A stretch of DNA of 49,383 bases from an archaeon. GTDB lineage: Archaea > Undinarchaeota > CAZHTU01 > JBDRCC01. Location: NCBI GenBank assembly GCA_043822065.1, contig JBDRCC010000002.1, positions 1 to 49,383 on the forward strand. The letters run 5' to 3'. Position numbers and translations under genes: made by a program. Below, in pieces: positions 9,705 to 17,936 of this stretch. A model generated the notes under the pieces. The model searched no databases, had not been told where the DNA came from, and saw only the letters and a list, made by a program, of their open reading frames with translations. Within the stretch, counting starts at the first letter, position 1, and every line of letters starts with the position of its first letter.

Positions 9705-10298
9705 ATGATAAAGATATTGGATGCATGTGTCATAATCCGGCTTGAAGGCATCAATGCGCTTGACAAGGTCCTGGACGCCTACCCAGGCAAGCTTTACGTC
9801 ACGGCTTCAGTCCACAGGGAGGTTTCAAAGGAGCCGGCAAAAAGCAAGCTTCAGGAAGCCATAGACGCAAAAAAGGTCCAGGTCTATACCTGCGACAAGA
9901 AGGATGTTGAGAGGACCTACTTCGAGCTCCACAAGAGGAACATAAAGATTCACTTTGACGACGTCCCAAATGTGGTCGCCGCGAGGCGGCTGGAGGCAGA
10001 GCTGGTGACTGACGATTTTGTCCTCTTCACCGCTGCCCAGATGTGGCACAACGAGCAGAATGTCAGCCTGTTCGTCCTGAACACCCGCGGGCTTCTGTTC
10101 GAGATGTTCCTGTCAAAGAAGATGGAGCTGATAGACTTCATCAAGGGGATACTGCAGATTTTCAGGTTCTCGGAGATACCAAACCTCTCCCATCAGCTTG
10201 AGAAAAGGATTCTGGACGTCAAGGATTTGCAGAGGATGTTTGGCGAGTATGAGAAGTACATGGTAAAGGCGATAGAGATAGCGGAGGGATACAGGTGA
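9705..10298 (+). CDS. PIN-domain protein (DUF3368/VapC-like) with helical C-terminal extension
   Basis: Acidic PIN motifs ILDACVII, VHREV, DDVPNVVAA, LVTDD, then NTRGLL. Confidence 0.75.
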   Translation: MIKILDACVIIRLEGINALDKVLDAYPGKLYVTASVHREVSKEPAKSKLQEAIDAKKVQVYTCDKKDVERTYFELHKRNIKIHFDDVPNVVAARRLEAELVTDDFVLFTAAQMWHNEQNVSLFVLNTRGLLFEMFLSKKMELIDFIKGILQIFRFSEIPNLSHQLEKRILDVKDLQRMFGEYEKYMVKAIEIAEGYR

Positions 10299-10753
10299 GC
10301 AAGACTGGGGGAAAGAAGAAGGACACTGTGGAGCGTTACAAGAAGGGCGAAATAAGCCTGCGGCAGGCAGCTAAGGAGGAGGAAAAGGACCTCCACGAGA
10401 TGATTGCGGTCTTCGAGGCGCGCGGATGCTTCTCAGCACAGGGCTTTGACGACGCGCTTGGCTTCGAGAAGAGGCAGTTTGACTATATAATAGGAAAGAT
10501 AGTGAACGCGATTGCCGAAAGGATAGGTATGGAGCGGCTCAAAAAGGCTGCTGAGGACCTCAAGGCGGACAAGCTGGACCTCAGGCAGGCAGCGGTCGGG
10601 CTTGGGCTCGACATGACAGACCTCGCACTGGTATTTGAGCACAGGGGGCTCATGACTGCCGACGAAATAAAGCACGAGCTGAAGCAGGTCGTGCACAAAA
10701 GGCGCGAGGAATTTTTTGAGCGGAAAAGGCGGCAGGAAAAAGTGGCAGAGTAG
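10295..10753 (+). CDS. UPF0175-like putative antitoxin with two tandem HTH-like units
   Basis: YKKGEISLRQAA...EMIAVFEARG and LKADKLDLRQAA...DLALVFEHRG; GTGA overlap with the PIN gene stop. Confidence 0.7.
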   Translation: MSKTGGKKKDTVERYKKGEISLRQAAKEEEKDLHEMIAVFEARGCFSAQGFDDALGFEKRQFDYIIGKIVNAIAERIGMERLKKAAEDLKADKLDLRQAAVGLGLDMTDLALVFEHRGLMTADEIKHELKQVVHKRREEFFERKRRQEKVAE

Positions 10754-10779
10754 CGGTTTTAATTTTTCCTCGAGAAATT

Positions 10780-10904
10780 TTCCACAGGAAGCAGGGGTTG
10801 ACAGAAAAATTTATAAACCCCGATAATTTTATAAAGAGTGTTCCAGGAACATCCATCCTGCACGGCCGGTTCGTGGTGTTTACCGGCCCCTCTTTCTTGT
10901 TTAG
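10780..10904. promoter_or_regulatory. ORB-like box plus inverted degenerate copy flanking an AT-rich core (candidate origin or promoter region)
   Basis: TTCCACAGGAAGCAGGGG at 10780-10797; minus-strand CTAAACAAGAAAGAGGGG at 10904-10887; two TTTATAAA at 10810-10817 and 10828-10835. Confidence 0.35.
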
Positions 10905-10934
10905 TCTACGCCGTACTATACGTGAAACTTGTAT

Positions 10935-10986
10935 TGCCGCAAATTGTTATTGCTGTAAATTATTGAACTGCCGTAAATTATTGAAG
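10935..10986. repeat. Three imperfect tandem repeats (16-18 bp)
   Basis: TGCCGCAAATTGTTAT / TGCTGTAAATTATTGAAC / TGCCGTAAATTATTGAAG. Confidence 0.8.
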
Positions 10987-10987
10987 C

Positions 10988-12643
10988 TTACAGCCGGTAT
11001 CCTACATAACGCTGGACTGCAGACAGCATAACTTGAGAAAGCGGCAGCCTTGGCATGTCGGCAACAACCCCGCCCCCGCGCGAGTATAGGGCATTGTATC
11101 GGAATCCAAAGTAGACTTCCGCAGTCATCCGTTTCAGAATCTCGTTGTATGTTTCACGCATCTCCTTGCATGGGTCGTCGTCGGAGATTTTCGTGTTGAT
11201 AAGGTCGAGATCCTCGAACATCTCGACTATGATGAATTCATTGGGTGCATTCTGATTAGGGAGGCCGAAAACAGCATCGAGCTCAACGTTGTGCGTTCGC
11301 TTGTATTTCTTTTCAAATTTCTCTAACGCCCCCTTGTACTCTTCGGCGTAATCATTGCAGACTTCTGCCAAGACCTCCGCAACCTGGTTGAGTGACGGGT
11401 ATGATTTCCTGTTGCCTGCGGCAGCCTCGAGGACGTCCTTGATTAGCTGGATTCTAGTAAGCCCAAGGATTGCCTTAAACTCGGTTGAACGATTTTTCAC
11501 GTCCTTCGCGCCAAAGTACCAGTTGAGAAGCCCGCTCGTTTCGAATCTGCCCTGGAGCTCCAAAAACAGGTTGTGGAACGACTCTATCTGGGCAAGGTGC
11601 TGGTCAGTTATGTTTAACAGCGTCATTTCTTTTTTAATGTCCTCTTTTAGCTGCCGGACATACAGCCGCTCTGAGAAGGGGGAGAGGCTCTTGAAGATAT
11701 GCTGCTTAAGCAGCTGTGCAAGCTTGTCCGAAGTCATGCCCTCCAGCTCCTCTTCGATATCAAGCGTTTTAAGGATTTCAATGACTTTGTCCCGGGCTTC
11801 CTTTTTTGTCCGTATCTGCTTCTCGACGTCCTTGAATACCTCTTCTAGTACGCTGAAGAGCTGCTCAAAATCATAGATGTTTATGCCTTTCGCCTTAAGC
11901 TTGAGTATTGATTTCGCAATGTGCTTCTGTATGTCATCCGGAGTATGCCTGTATTTGGCTTCCTCAGTCAGCTGGGAGTGTATAAGGGAACAGAGCTGGG
12001 GCATGGTAAAGTGCTTCAGCTTCGGAAGCTCCTTGATTAAGCCTTCAACAACGGAACCCATCTTGAATATGCCCCTAAACGCAGAGTACACTCCGACGTG
12101 GGGGTCAACAACCTCAAACTCCCGGAACATCCGCCTAACAACGAGCGGGTTGCTGTAGGGCTTGCTGCCAAGGCGCCCAGGTATTGCCTTGTACGCCCGC
12201 TCGACTTTTTCTGGGAGGAATTTTTTCTCGTACTGGTCTGCGAGCTTTTCTGGGTCAGTGTCCTTGTCTGAAAGCCGGACTAAGAGCCGCGCAAAGGAGC
12301 TATAGTCCTCCTGCGTAAGTGGATCCCGGATGCGTATGTCGTCTAAAATTTGATTTTCCAAGTCCCGCCTGTCAAGCTTGCCGCCGAACATTTTATTGGA
12401 TTCCATTGTGTCGTCCGGATAGTCGTCTTGCGTGAACTCGCCAGGTACAATCTGAGCCTTGTATTTGCCAGTAAGGTCGCTGGAGATTGAGTGCTTCGCA
12501 GCAGAGAACATCTTGTCGATTTCGCCCCGGATCTTGGCAACGTCCGCAACCTTCTTCATGTGCTCTACTGGAGGCGCAGCTATTTCGTCAATTTTTGAGC
12601 CGTGCCGCTCGTGGAGCAGGCCGCCAAGGACAGAGCTGCTCAT
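10988..12643 (-). CDS. Hypothetical alpha-helical protein (551 aa)
   Basis: Long ORF with protein-like composition; ATGA overlap with the upstream gene stop; no motif recognised. Confidence 0.85.
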   Translation of the reverse strand: MSSSVLGGLLHERHGSKIDEIAAPPVEHMKKVADVAKIRGEIDKMFSAAKHSISSDLTGKYKAQIVPGEFTQDDYPDDTMESNKMFGGKLDRRDLENQILDDIRIRDPLTQEDYSSFARLLVRLSDKDTDPEKLADQYEKKFLPEKVERAYKAIPGRLGSKPYSNPLVVRRMFREFEVVDPHVGVYSAFRGIFKMGSVVEGLIKELPKLKHFTMPQLCSLIHSQLTEEAKYRHTPDDIQKHIAKSILKLKAKGINIYDFEQLFSVLEEVFKDVEKQIRTKKEARDKVIEILKTLDIEEELEGMTSDKLAQLLKQHIFKSLSPFSERLYVRQLKEDIKKEMTLLNITDQHLAQIESFHNLFLELQGRFETSGLLNWYFGAKDVKNRSTEFKAILGLTRIQLIKDVLEAAAGNRKSYPSLNQVAEVLAEVCNDYAEEYKGALEKFEKKYKRTHNVELDAVFGLPNQNAPNEFIIVEMFEDLDLINTKISDDDPCKEMRETYNEILKRMTAEVYFGFRYNALYSRGGGVVADMPRLPLSQVMLSAVQRYVGYRL

Positions 12644-15600
12644 GCGCCAGCACCCCCTTCGGTGTAGCCACTGCTTTCGAGGAATCCCCAGATGCGGGTA
12701 AACCCAGAATCGATAAGGTCTGACTGTATAATGGCATCCCTGGAGGCAATACCCCCGGCTGTGGCAGAAATGTCGTCCGAGATAGCCTGGGACAGGCCTG
12801 CAAAGGACCCCCCAGTTTTCCCATACGCCCTAGCTGCCATCAGGAGGACTACGGCGTCGGTGTTTGGCCGCTGTATTATGGAGTGGGGCCATATCTCGTC
12901 TTTCTTTGCCTTGGAGTCCTTCGGGACTATTGCGCGGTTAGCCGAGTGTATGAATTCGTGCATGCGCATGGCGCGCTCTATTTCCTCTGGCTCGAATTTG
13001 TGCTTTGCACCATATAACTTGATGTAAAACTGCTGAACATCAACTGCCGTCTTAACAAGGTCATCAGTGCCAGTCCGGGTAACCTCGTGCAGGCGCTGTA
13101 TGCAGTGCGCCCATAGTTCGGAGAGGCGCTTATCGTTGGCATCAGCCATTTCCTCCCGCGCGCCGTTATAGCGCAGGGCAGGGCGCCGCTCCATGACGGA
13201 AAGCAGGCATATTGCGGCTATTATCTCATGCATCTCCTTAGGAGGGATGGATTTTATTTTTTCCTTGTTGTACGCCTCGTATTCCCTGAACATGCTCAAT
13301 GAGAGCTCTGGAACGTTGGATTTTGGGTAGAGGCCGAGATAGCCCATGTGCGGGAACTTGGACTTAGTAGCCCCATTCACCTCGTATGAGACATCGTCGC
13401 TTTCGTAGACAATGAGCGCTAGGTAGAGGGATGGTATCTTGGTCAGCCTTTCGCGGAGGAGCTCGAGCTTCGCAAGTATGGTAAAGCCGGCAACAAGCCG
13501 GGTGTATAGGTCAAGCGCCAATTCGAGGTTGTACCACAGCTCAGGGATATTGTCCTTTATCTCTACTGCGTGGCGCTTGAATTTGCCGTATGCGTGCTTG
13601 TCTGAAAGCTTGTTGTGCGCAGCTATCGTCCAGCCCTGGGTGTCGTACCACAGTATGTCCGGAAGGGACCTGAGCTTAATCCAGTCGCTGACAGACCATT
13701 TGCGGACATCCTTGGCATCAAAGCCGAACAGGTCCTTGAAAACAGACTCGAACAGAGCGGTCCACTGTTTTAGGTTGTCATGCAGCAGGTCGGCTAGGTC
13801 CGCCGCCTTCTCGGCATGCTCCCTGAAGTGCCACATCAGGAGCTTGACAAGCCCATTGGTCTTCTCGTCGGCGCGCTTTATCCCGCGGACGTCGCTTAGT
13901 ATGTAATGGGTGTAGGTTATCCGGCTGAGGTTATGCCAGTTGTAGACCATTTCCTGGTATTTTGAAAAGTCGTCCCCGTCTGACAGCTTTTCAATCTCCT
14001 CGTTGAGGTAGGTCAGGTCTTCGTTCGCCTTCATCAGTATGTCATCTATGGAAGCAGTCTCGCCGATTTTGTACATGTACTGCTCGGTTGAGACATATTT
14101 TTTCAGGGTAAGCTCTACTTCCGCGGACGTCTTCTTCAGCTGCTCCCTGTAGTCCTGCGGGCTGAGAACCTTCCTCCGGTCAGCCTCCATGAGGGTTATC
14201 CCAAGGACGTCCATAAGCCGCTCCGGCACGTCGAGGTCCTCCGCCCCGCGCTTCTCGATTGCCTGCTCGAAGTCGGCAGACATCGCCTTGGCAGTCTTGT
14301 GTATCTGGTGGGCGGCAGTCACCTTCCCCTTTGGAAGCTTGTACCAGATTATTTTGAGCTGGAGCCCCCTGGCCTTGGCCCTGTTCAGAAGGTAAAGCGG
14401 GACGTACCTGTCCTCCAAAAGGTCTTTCCGGTGCAGGTGGAACTCGGTGAGGAACTGCTCAAATTTCGCGCTGCGGTAGACCGTCTCGGTGACCTGCTTG
14501 TTTCCTTCGACGGCGGCGTCACCGTGGATGTCCACTAAGTCGTATACTTTTATTGTGGTCTTTATTTTTCTCTTTGTCCTAGACTTGCCAAGATCAAGCC
14601 CGTATGTTATACAATACTCGGTCAACTCAGCTGCGGCGTTGGAAACAAGCACATACCTGTCTTCCAAGACTATGTTCTCAAGTTTCGCACGGGAGATTAT
14701 GTTTTCAGCCTTGAGCTTTTTGGCGCGAGCTTTCACGTGTGCGGCGTACAGCTCATCGAAAATAATAAAGTCCATGGTTAGCTGCTTGCCCTCTTTCTTT
14801 GCAGCGGATTTATCTTTTGATTTTAATTTGCGCCTCTCAACAAAATTCTTGTTGAAGTATTTTCTCAGCGCTTTGACATCTTTAATGGACTCGTCAGGGC
14901 AGTAGGCTCCAATCGTGGTCTGATCTGCTTCGAGCCACCCCAGATTTTGGAGTATCACTAATTCAGTGTCTTTTCGTTCGCCAGTATCATCGGGAAGCCG
15001 GAGTATGGGATCCTTGTCTCTAAAATCTGAGTTGATGGAAACGCCAAAGTACGCGAGATAATCTGATTCGGTCAGCCAGAATATTTGGTCAAGAAGCTTT
15101 TTTTTAGCGGCTTTCTCGTCCTTCGCCTCTGCCTTCAGCTCCTTTTTTGTTTTATCATTGTACTGGCTAGCCAGCTGCTCAATATCGTATACTGCTGCCT
15201 CTTCTTTGGGGAGCGTGTACTCAGTCTGCTCAAGCACTACGTCCGAGCCGACTTTGTCCTTTAAGTCCTTGGCGTTTGGGCTTGTGGCGCGGAGGTACCT
15301 CTCCTCGAATAGGTCCTTTGCAGTTAGCCCCATGCCAGCGAGCCAGTCGTGATAGCCAGGAGCCTCGATTTTTTGGCTTGTAGTCTCTTCGACGCTTACT
15401 TTCTTCGCCCACGCCTTGTGCATGGCATCCAAGTCGTAAACATTGAACAGCTTCGTGGATTGCTTGCCGTCTTGACCAACCACCTTCCTCCGCTCAATGA
15501 ACTTTTTTATATTTACGCCTTGGTCTTCAACAGGCTTCAATATCGCTTTACGTTCGGCCGTAAGGTATTTCCCCTCAGAAAGCCCATCAACCGCAAGCCC

Positions 15601-16110
15601 AAGCTGGCTCAGGAACTCCGCGAAGTCAGGCCCGGTAGCCCCATAGGACTTCTTTACCTTACTCCACATCTCCATGACGTCGACTACAGGTATCCCTTCA
15701 ACAATGCGCTCAATCTTTCCAATTTCGCCCTCTTTTATCGCGCTAACCTGCTCGGACGCCTCCTTCCAGGAGTCCTTGTTGAAGAAATACTGCCAGTAGC
15801 TTGGCGGCCTGAGAAGGTACCAAAGGAACGCCACGGAGCGTACATTCAAGAGTGCGAGGTGCTGGTTCATGTCGGATATCTTCAGGAAGAAATTCTTGTA
15901 AAGCTTGTCAAGGCCCTTCCTGCCGACTTCCGCTGCGATTATCTTGTCGAGCTCAGTTATGTTGTAGAACAGGCCTATTGCCTTTTTGCGCTTCTCCTCA
16001 AGGTTAGCCTCATCCTTCTTGTCGTCTTTTTGCGCCTGGCTGGCATCTTCGGCTATAGTCGCTCCCTGGTCTTCGGCGCCGGCTATAACTGTGTCGTCCG
16101 CGTCAGCCAT
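12640..16110 (-). CDS. Large hypothetical protein (1156 aa) with degenerate internal repeats and C-terminal HExxH
   Basis: Long ORF; TAATG overlap with the upstream gene; recurrent VYDL..H and DL.E.RY motifs; HEFIH at aa 1051-1055. Confidence 0.88.
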   Translation of the reverse strand: MADADDTVIAGAEDQGATIAEDASQAQKDDKKDEANLEEKRKKAIGLFYNITELDKIIAAEVGRKGLDKLYKNFFLKISDMNQHLALLNVRSVAFLWYLLRPPSYWQYFFNKDSWKEASEQVSAIKEGEIGKIERIVEGIPVVDVMEMWSKVKKSYGATGPDFAEFLSQLGLAVDGLSEGKYLTAERKAILKPVEDQGVNIKKFIERRKVVGQDGKQSTKLFNVYDLDAMHKAWAKKVSVEETTSQKIEAPGYHDWLAGMGLTAKDLFEERYLRATSPNAKDLKDKVGSDVVLEQTEYTLPKEEAAVYDIEQLASQYNDKTKKELKAEAKDEKAAKKKLLDQIFWLTESDYLAYFGVSINSDFRDKDPILRLPDDTGERKDTELVILQNLGWLEADQTTIGAYCPDESIKDVKALRKYFNKNFVERRKLKSKDKSAAKKEGKQLTMDFIIFDELYAAHVKARAKKLKAENIISRAKLENIVLEDRYVLVSNAAAELTEYCITYGLDLGKSRTKRKIKTTIKVYDLVDIHGDAAVEGNKQVTETVYRSAKFEQFLTEFHLHRKDLLEDRYVPLYLLNRAKARGLQLKIIWYKLPKGKVTAAHQIHKTAKAMSADFEQAIEKRGAEDLDVPERLMDVLGITLMEADRRKVLSPQDYREQLKKTSAEVELTLKKYVSTEQYMYKIGETASIDDILMKANEDLTYLNEEIEKLSDGDDFSKYQEMVYNWHNLSRITYTHYILSDVRGIKRADEKTNGLVKLLMWHFREHAEKAADLADLLHDNLKQWTALFESVFKDLFGFDAKDVRKWSVSDWIKLRSLPDILWYDTQGWTIAAHNKLSDKHAYGKFKRHAVEIKDNIPELWYNLELALDLYTRLVAGFTILAKLELLRERLTKIPSLYLALIVYESDDVSYEVNGATKSKFPHMGYLGLYPKSNVPELSLSMFREYEAYNKEKIKSIPPKEMHEIIAAICLLSVMERRPALRYNGAREEMADANDKRLSELWAHCIQRLHEVTRTGTDDLVKTAVDVQQFYIKLYGAKHKFEPEEIERAMRMHEFIHSANRAIVPKDSKAKKDEIWPHSIIQRPNTDAVVLLMAARAYGKTGGSFAGLSQAISDDISATAGGIASRDAIIQSDLIDSGFTRIWGFLESSGYTEGGAGA

Positions 16111-16505
16111 TATTCCGGAACCTCCTCTAGGAACTCCTTTGCAATCGCAGGAAGATCAACTTCAAGATCCTCAGAGACTTTCGTCGCCTCCCTAAGCCCT
16201 TTGGATATCGCCTCAAGCTCGTTAAGGCAGAAGTAGCATGTGCGCAGGATATAGCTCGGGGGGACTTTTTTGCCCCACCACTCTGCAGTTTGTTCAAGCT
16301 TTTTACGAAGCCAGTCGACGGACTTGGCTGCAGTGCCGGTTGCCAGCTCTTTGCCGGATTCTACAAGGAATTCGTATATGTCGTCCGCGCCAGTTCCGTG
16401 GCCGTACCGGCGCACCCCGGTAGAGCGCAAAACGTAAGCAATCGCGATGTAGCCCCCGATGGTAACGACTGTGCCAGTAATGGCATATGCAAGATAGCTA
16501 GCCAT
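16110..16505 (-). CDS. Small N-terminally membrane-anchored hypothetical protein (131 aa)
   Basis: Hydrophobic N-terminus; TTATAAAC ~25 nt upstream of the ATG; stop coupled to the next start. Confidence 0.8.
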   Translation of the reverse strand: MASYLAYAITGTVVTIGGYIAIAYVLRSTGVRRYGHGTGADDIYEFLVESGKELATGTAAKSVDWLRKKLEQTAEWWGKKVPPSYILRTCYFCLNELEAISKGLREATKVSEDLEVDLPAIAKEFLEEVPE

Positions 16506-16556
16506 GGCTATAATATCGGTGGAACTAGTTTATAATGATTATTAACGCGGTTTGGG

Positions 16557-17936
16557 TCATTTTGGAGTGTATTTGGACTTCAGGCGGTCCTTGTGCGCGC
16601 GGATTTTCGCAATCTCGTCAATGAGTGCCACTTCAGCTTTCAGCTCGGCAGCCACAGAAGGCAGCTCTTTCATTGCCTTTTTGTGCTCCCTCGCCGCCTC
16701 ATCGAACTCCATCACCGCCTCCCTGACAACACCCTTGTTCAGGTCGTAGCGCATGCGCCGGAGAATCTTGGTAAGGCTGTCAATCTCGTCGCACTGCGCT
16801 ATGATGTCGTTGAGGAGCGCGACATTGCCCTTGGGGTCGGTTGGCTGGCTTTTAGCAAGTGCGTCCCTGGCTTGGACCAAATTGCCCTTTATGTCGCGGG
16901 CGAGGTATATTATTATGGACATCTCCTCCAGGCAGCAGAGGTGCACCAGCAGGGAGGCGCGCCTGGCTATTTCCTCCTTGGAGACGGCTACCCCCTTGTC
17001 TTTGAGCTGCTCTGCGATTTTCTCAGCCCACACGTGGTAAGCCAGCGCAATTATCTGGACAAAAAGGACAGTGACGAGGTTGTCAAGGTGCTTTGACACG
17101 CTTTCAATGGCGTCTTCCTCAAGTTTTTCAAGCGCAGCTGACTCCTTTGCATGCCTTTCACCGGCTATGAATTCATCAACATTCTTGAATAAGTCGTTGT
17201 CAGTAAGCAAGTTGTCCACCTTGCGGCAGGGCTTGTCCTTTAACATGCTCCGGCCGACCGCCTTACGCTCATCCCTTATTACCACCCTCAAGTTTGGCAG
17301 CTTAATGCCATACGTATCCGAGAGCTTCCTCTGGAGCTTTGGGAGGGCATAGAAAAGGTCAGTGCACACAAGCGCTATTGACTGCTCGATAAACCGCGCC
17401 TCGGCGCCGGTTGTCGATTTGAGGATTGGCTCCCTGCCCTCGATTTTCTCAATGGAGAGAAGGCTCGCGGACGACTCATCTTTTTCGTCCCCGGCCAGCA
17501 CCTCGACCGCATTCTCGATGCGCTTTTCGTTCTCCTCAAAGACGCGCCTTATCCTCTGCCGCAGGCGGCGGCGTATGTGTTCAGTCCGCTCCTCATAGAA
17601 AAGCCGCTCGAGCAGTAGGCTCAGCCGCGACACGAATGCTGCAGAGGACCCGACAAACTCCTCATACTTGCCGTCCTTGTGGTAGCCAAAACAGTTTATC
17701 GCGTCAGATATCAGGCAAGGCAGCATCCAGCCTTCTTCTCTCCGCTTCTGCCTCTGGACAAAGGTGCAGTGGTCACCGCTAAGATTGCTTAGGGCTTTGA
17801 GAGAGTCGCCGGCAAAGCCGCATATCAGCTCCACCCTGCCGCGCTGGTTGTACTTGTCGGAATGGACTGCGCTCTCAATCTTGCTTTTCAGGGCACCGAC
17901 GCCCCTCAGCTTCGCGGTCTGGACTGTTTCAACCAT
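16557..17936 (-). CDS. Hypothetical helical/coiled-coil protein (~459 aa)
   Basis: Long ORF. Start placed at ATG 17936 (MVETVQ), after SD-like GGTGAGG and overlapping the upstream stop; the track begins at 17954. Confidence 0.83.
   Translation of the reverse strand: MVETVQTAKLRGVGALKSKIESAVHSDKYNQRGRVELICGFAGDSLKALSNLSGDHCTFVQRQKRREEGWMLPCLISDAINCFGYHKDGKYEEFVGSSAAFVSRLSLLLERLFYEERTEHIRRRLRQRIRRVFEENEKRIENAVEVLAGDEKDESSASLLSIEKIEGREPILKSTTGAEARFIEQSIALVCTDLFYALPKLQRKLSDTYGIKLPNLRVVIRDERKAVGRSMLKDKPCRKVDNLLTDNDLFKNVDEFIAGERHAKESAALEKLEEDAIESVSKHLDNLVTVLFVQIIALAYHVWAEKIAEQLKDKGVAVSKEEIARRASLLVHLCCLEEMSIIIYLARDIKGNLVQARDALAKSQPTDPKGNVALLNDIIAQCDEIDSLTKILRRMRYDLNKGVVREAVMEFDEAAREHKKAMKELPSVAAELKAEVALIDEIAKIRAHKDRLKSKYTPK

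Noticed and set aside
16541-16550. ATTAACGCGG identical to the 3' arm of the ncRNA closing stem
   Set aside because: A single 10-nt match within 49 kb is compatible with chance.
16557-17936. Degenerate zincin in the ~459-aa orphan (YGIKLPNLRVVIRD...IIALAYHVW)
   Set aside because: No HExxH; resemblance too weak to call by eye.
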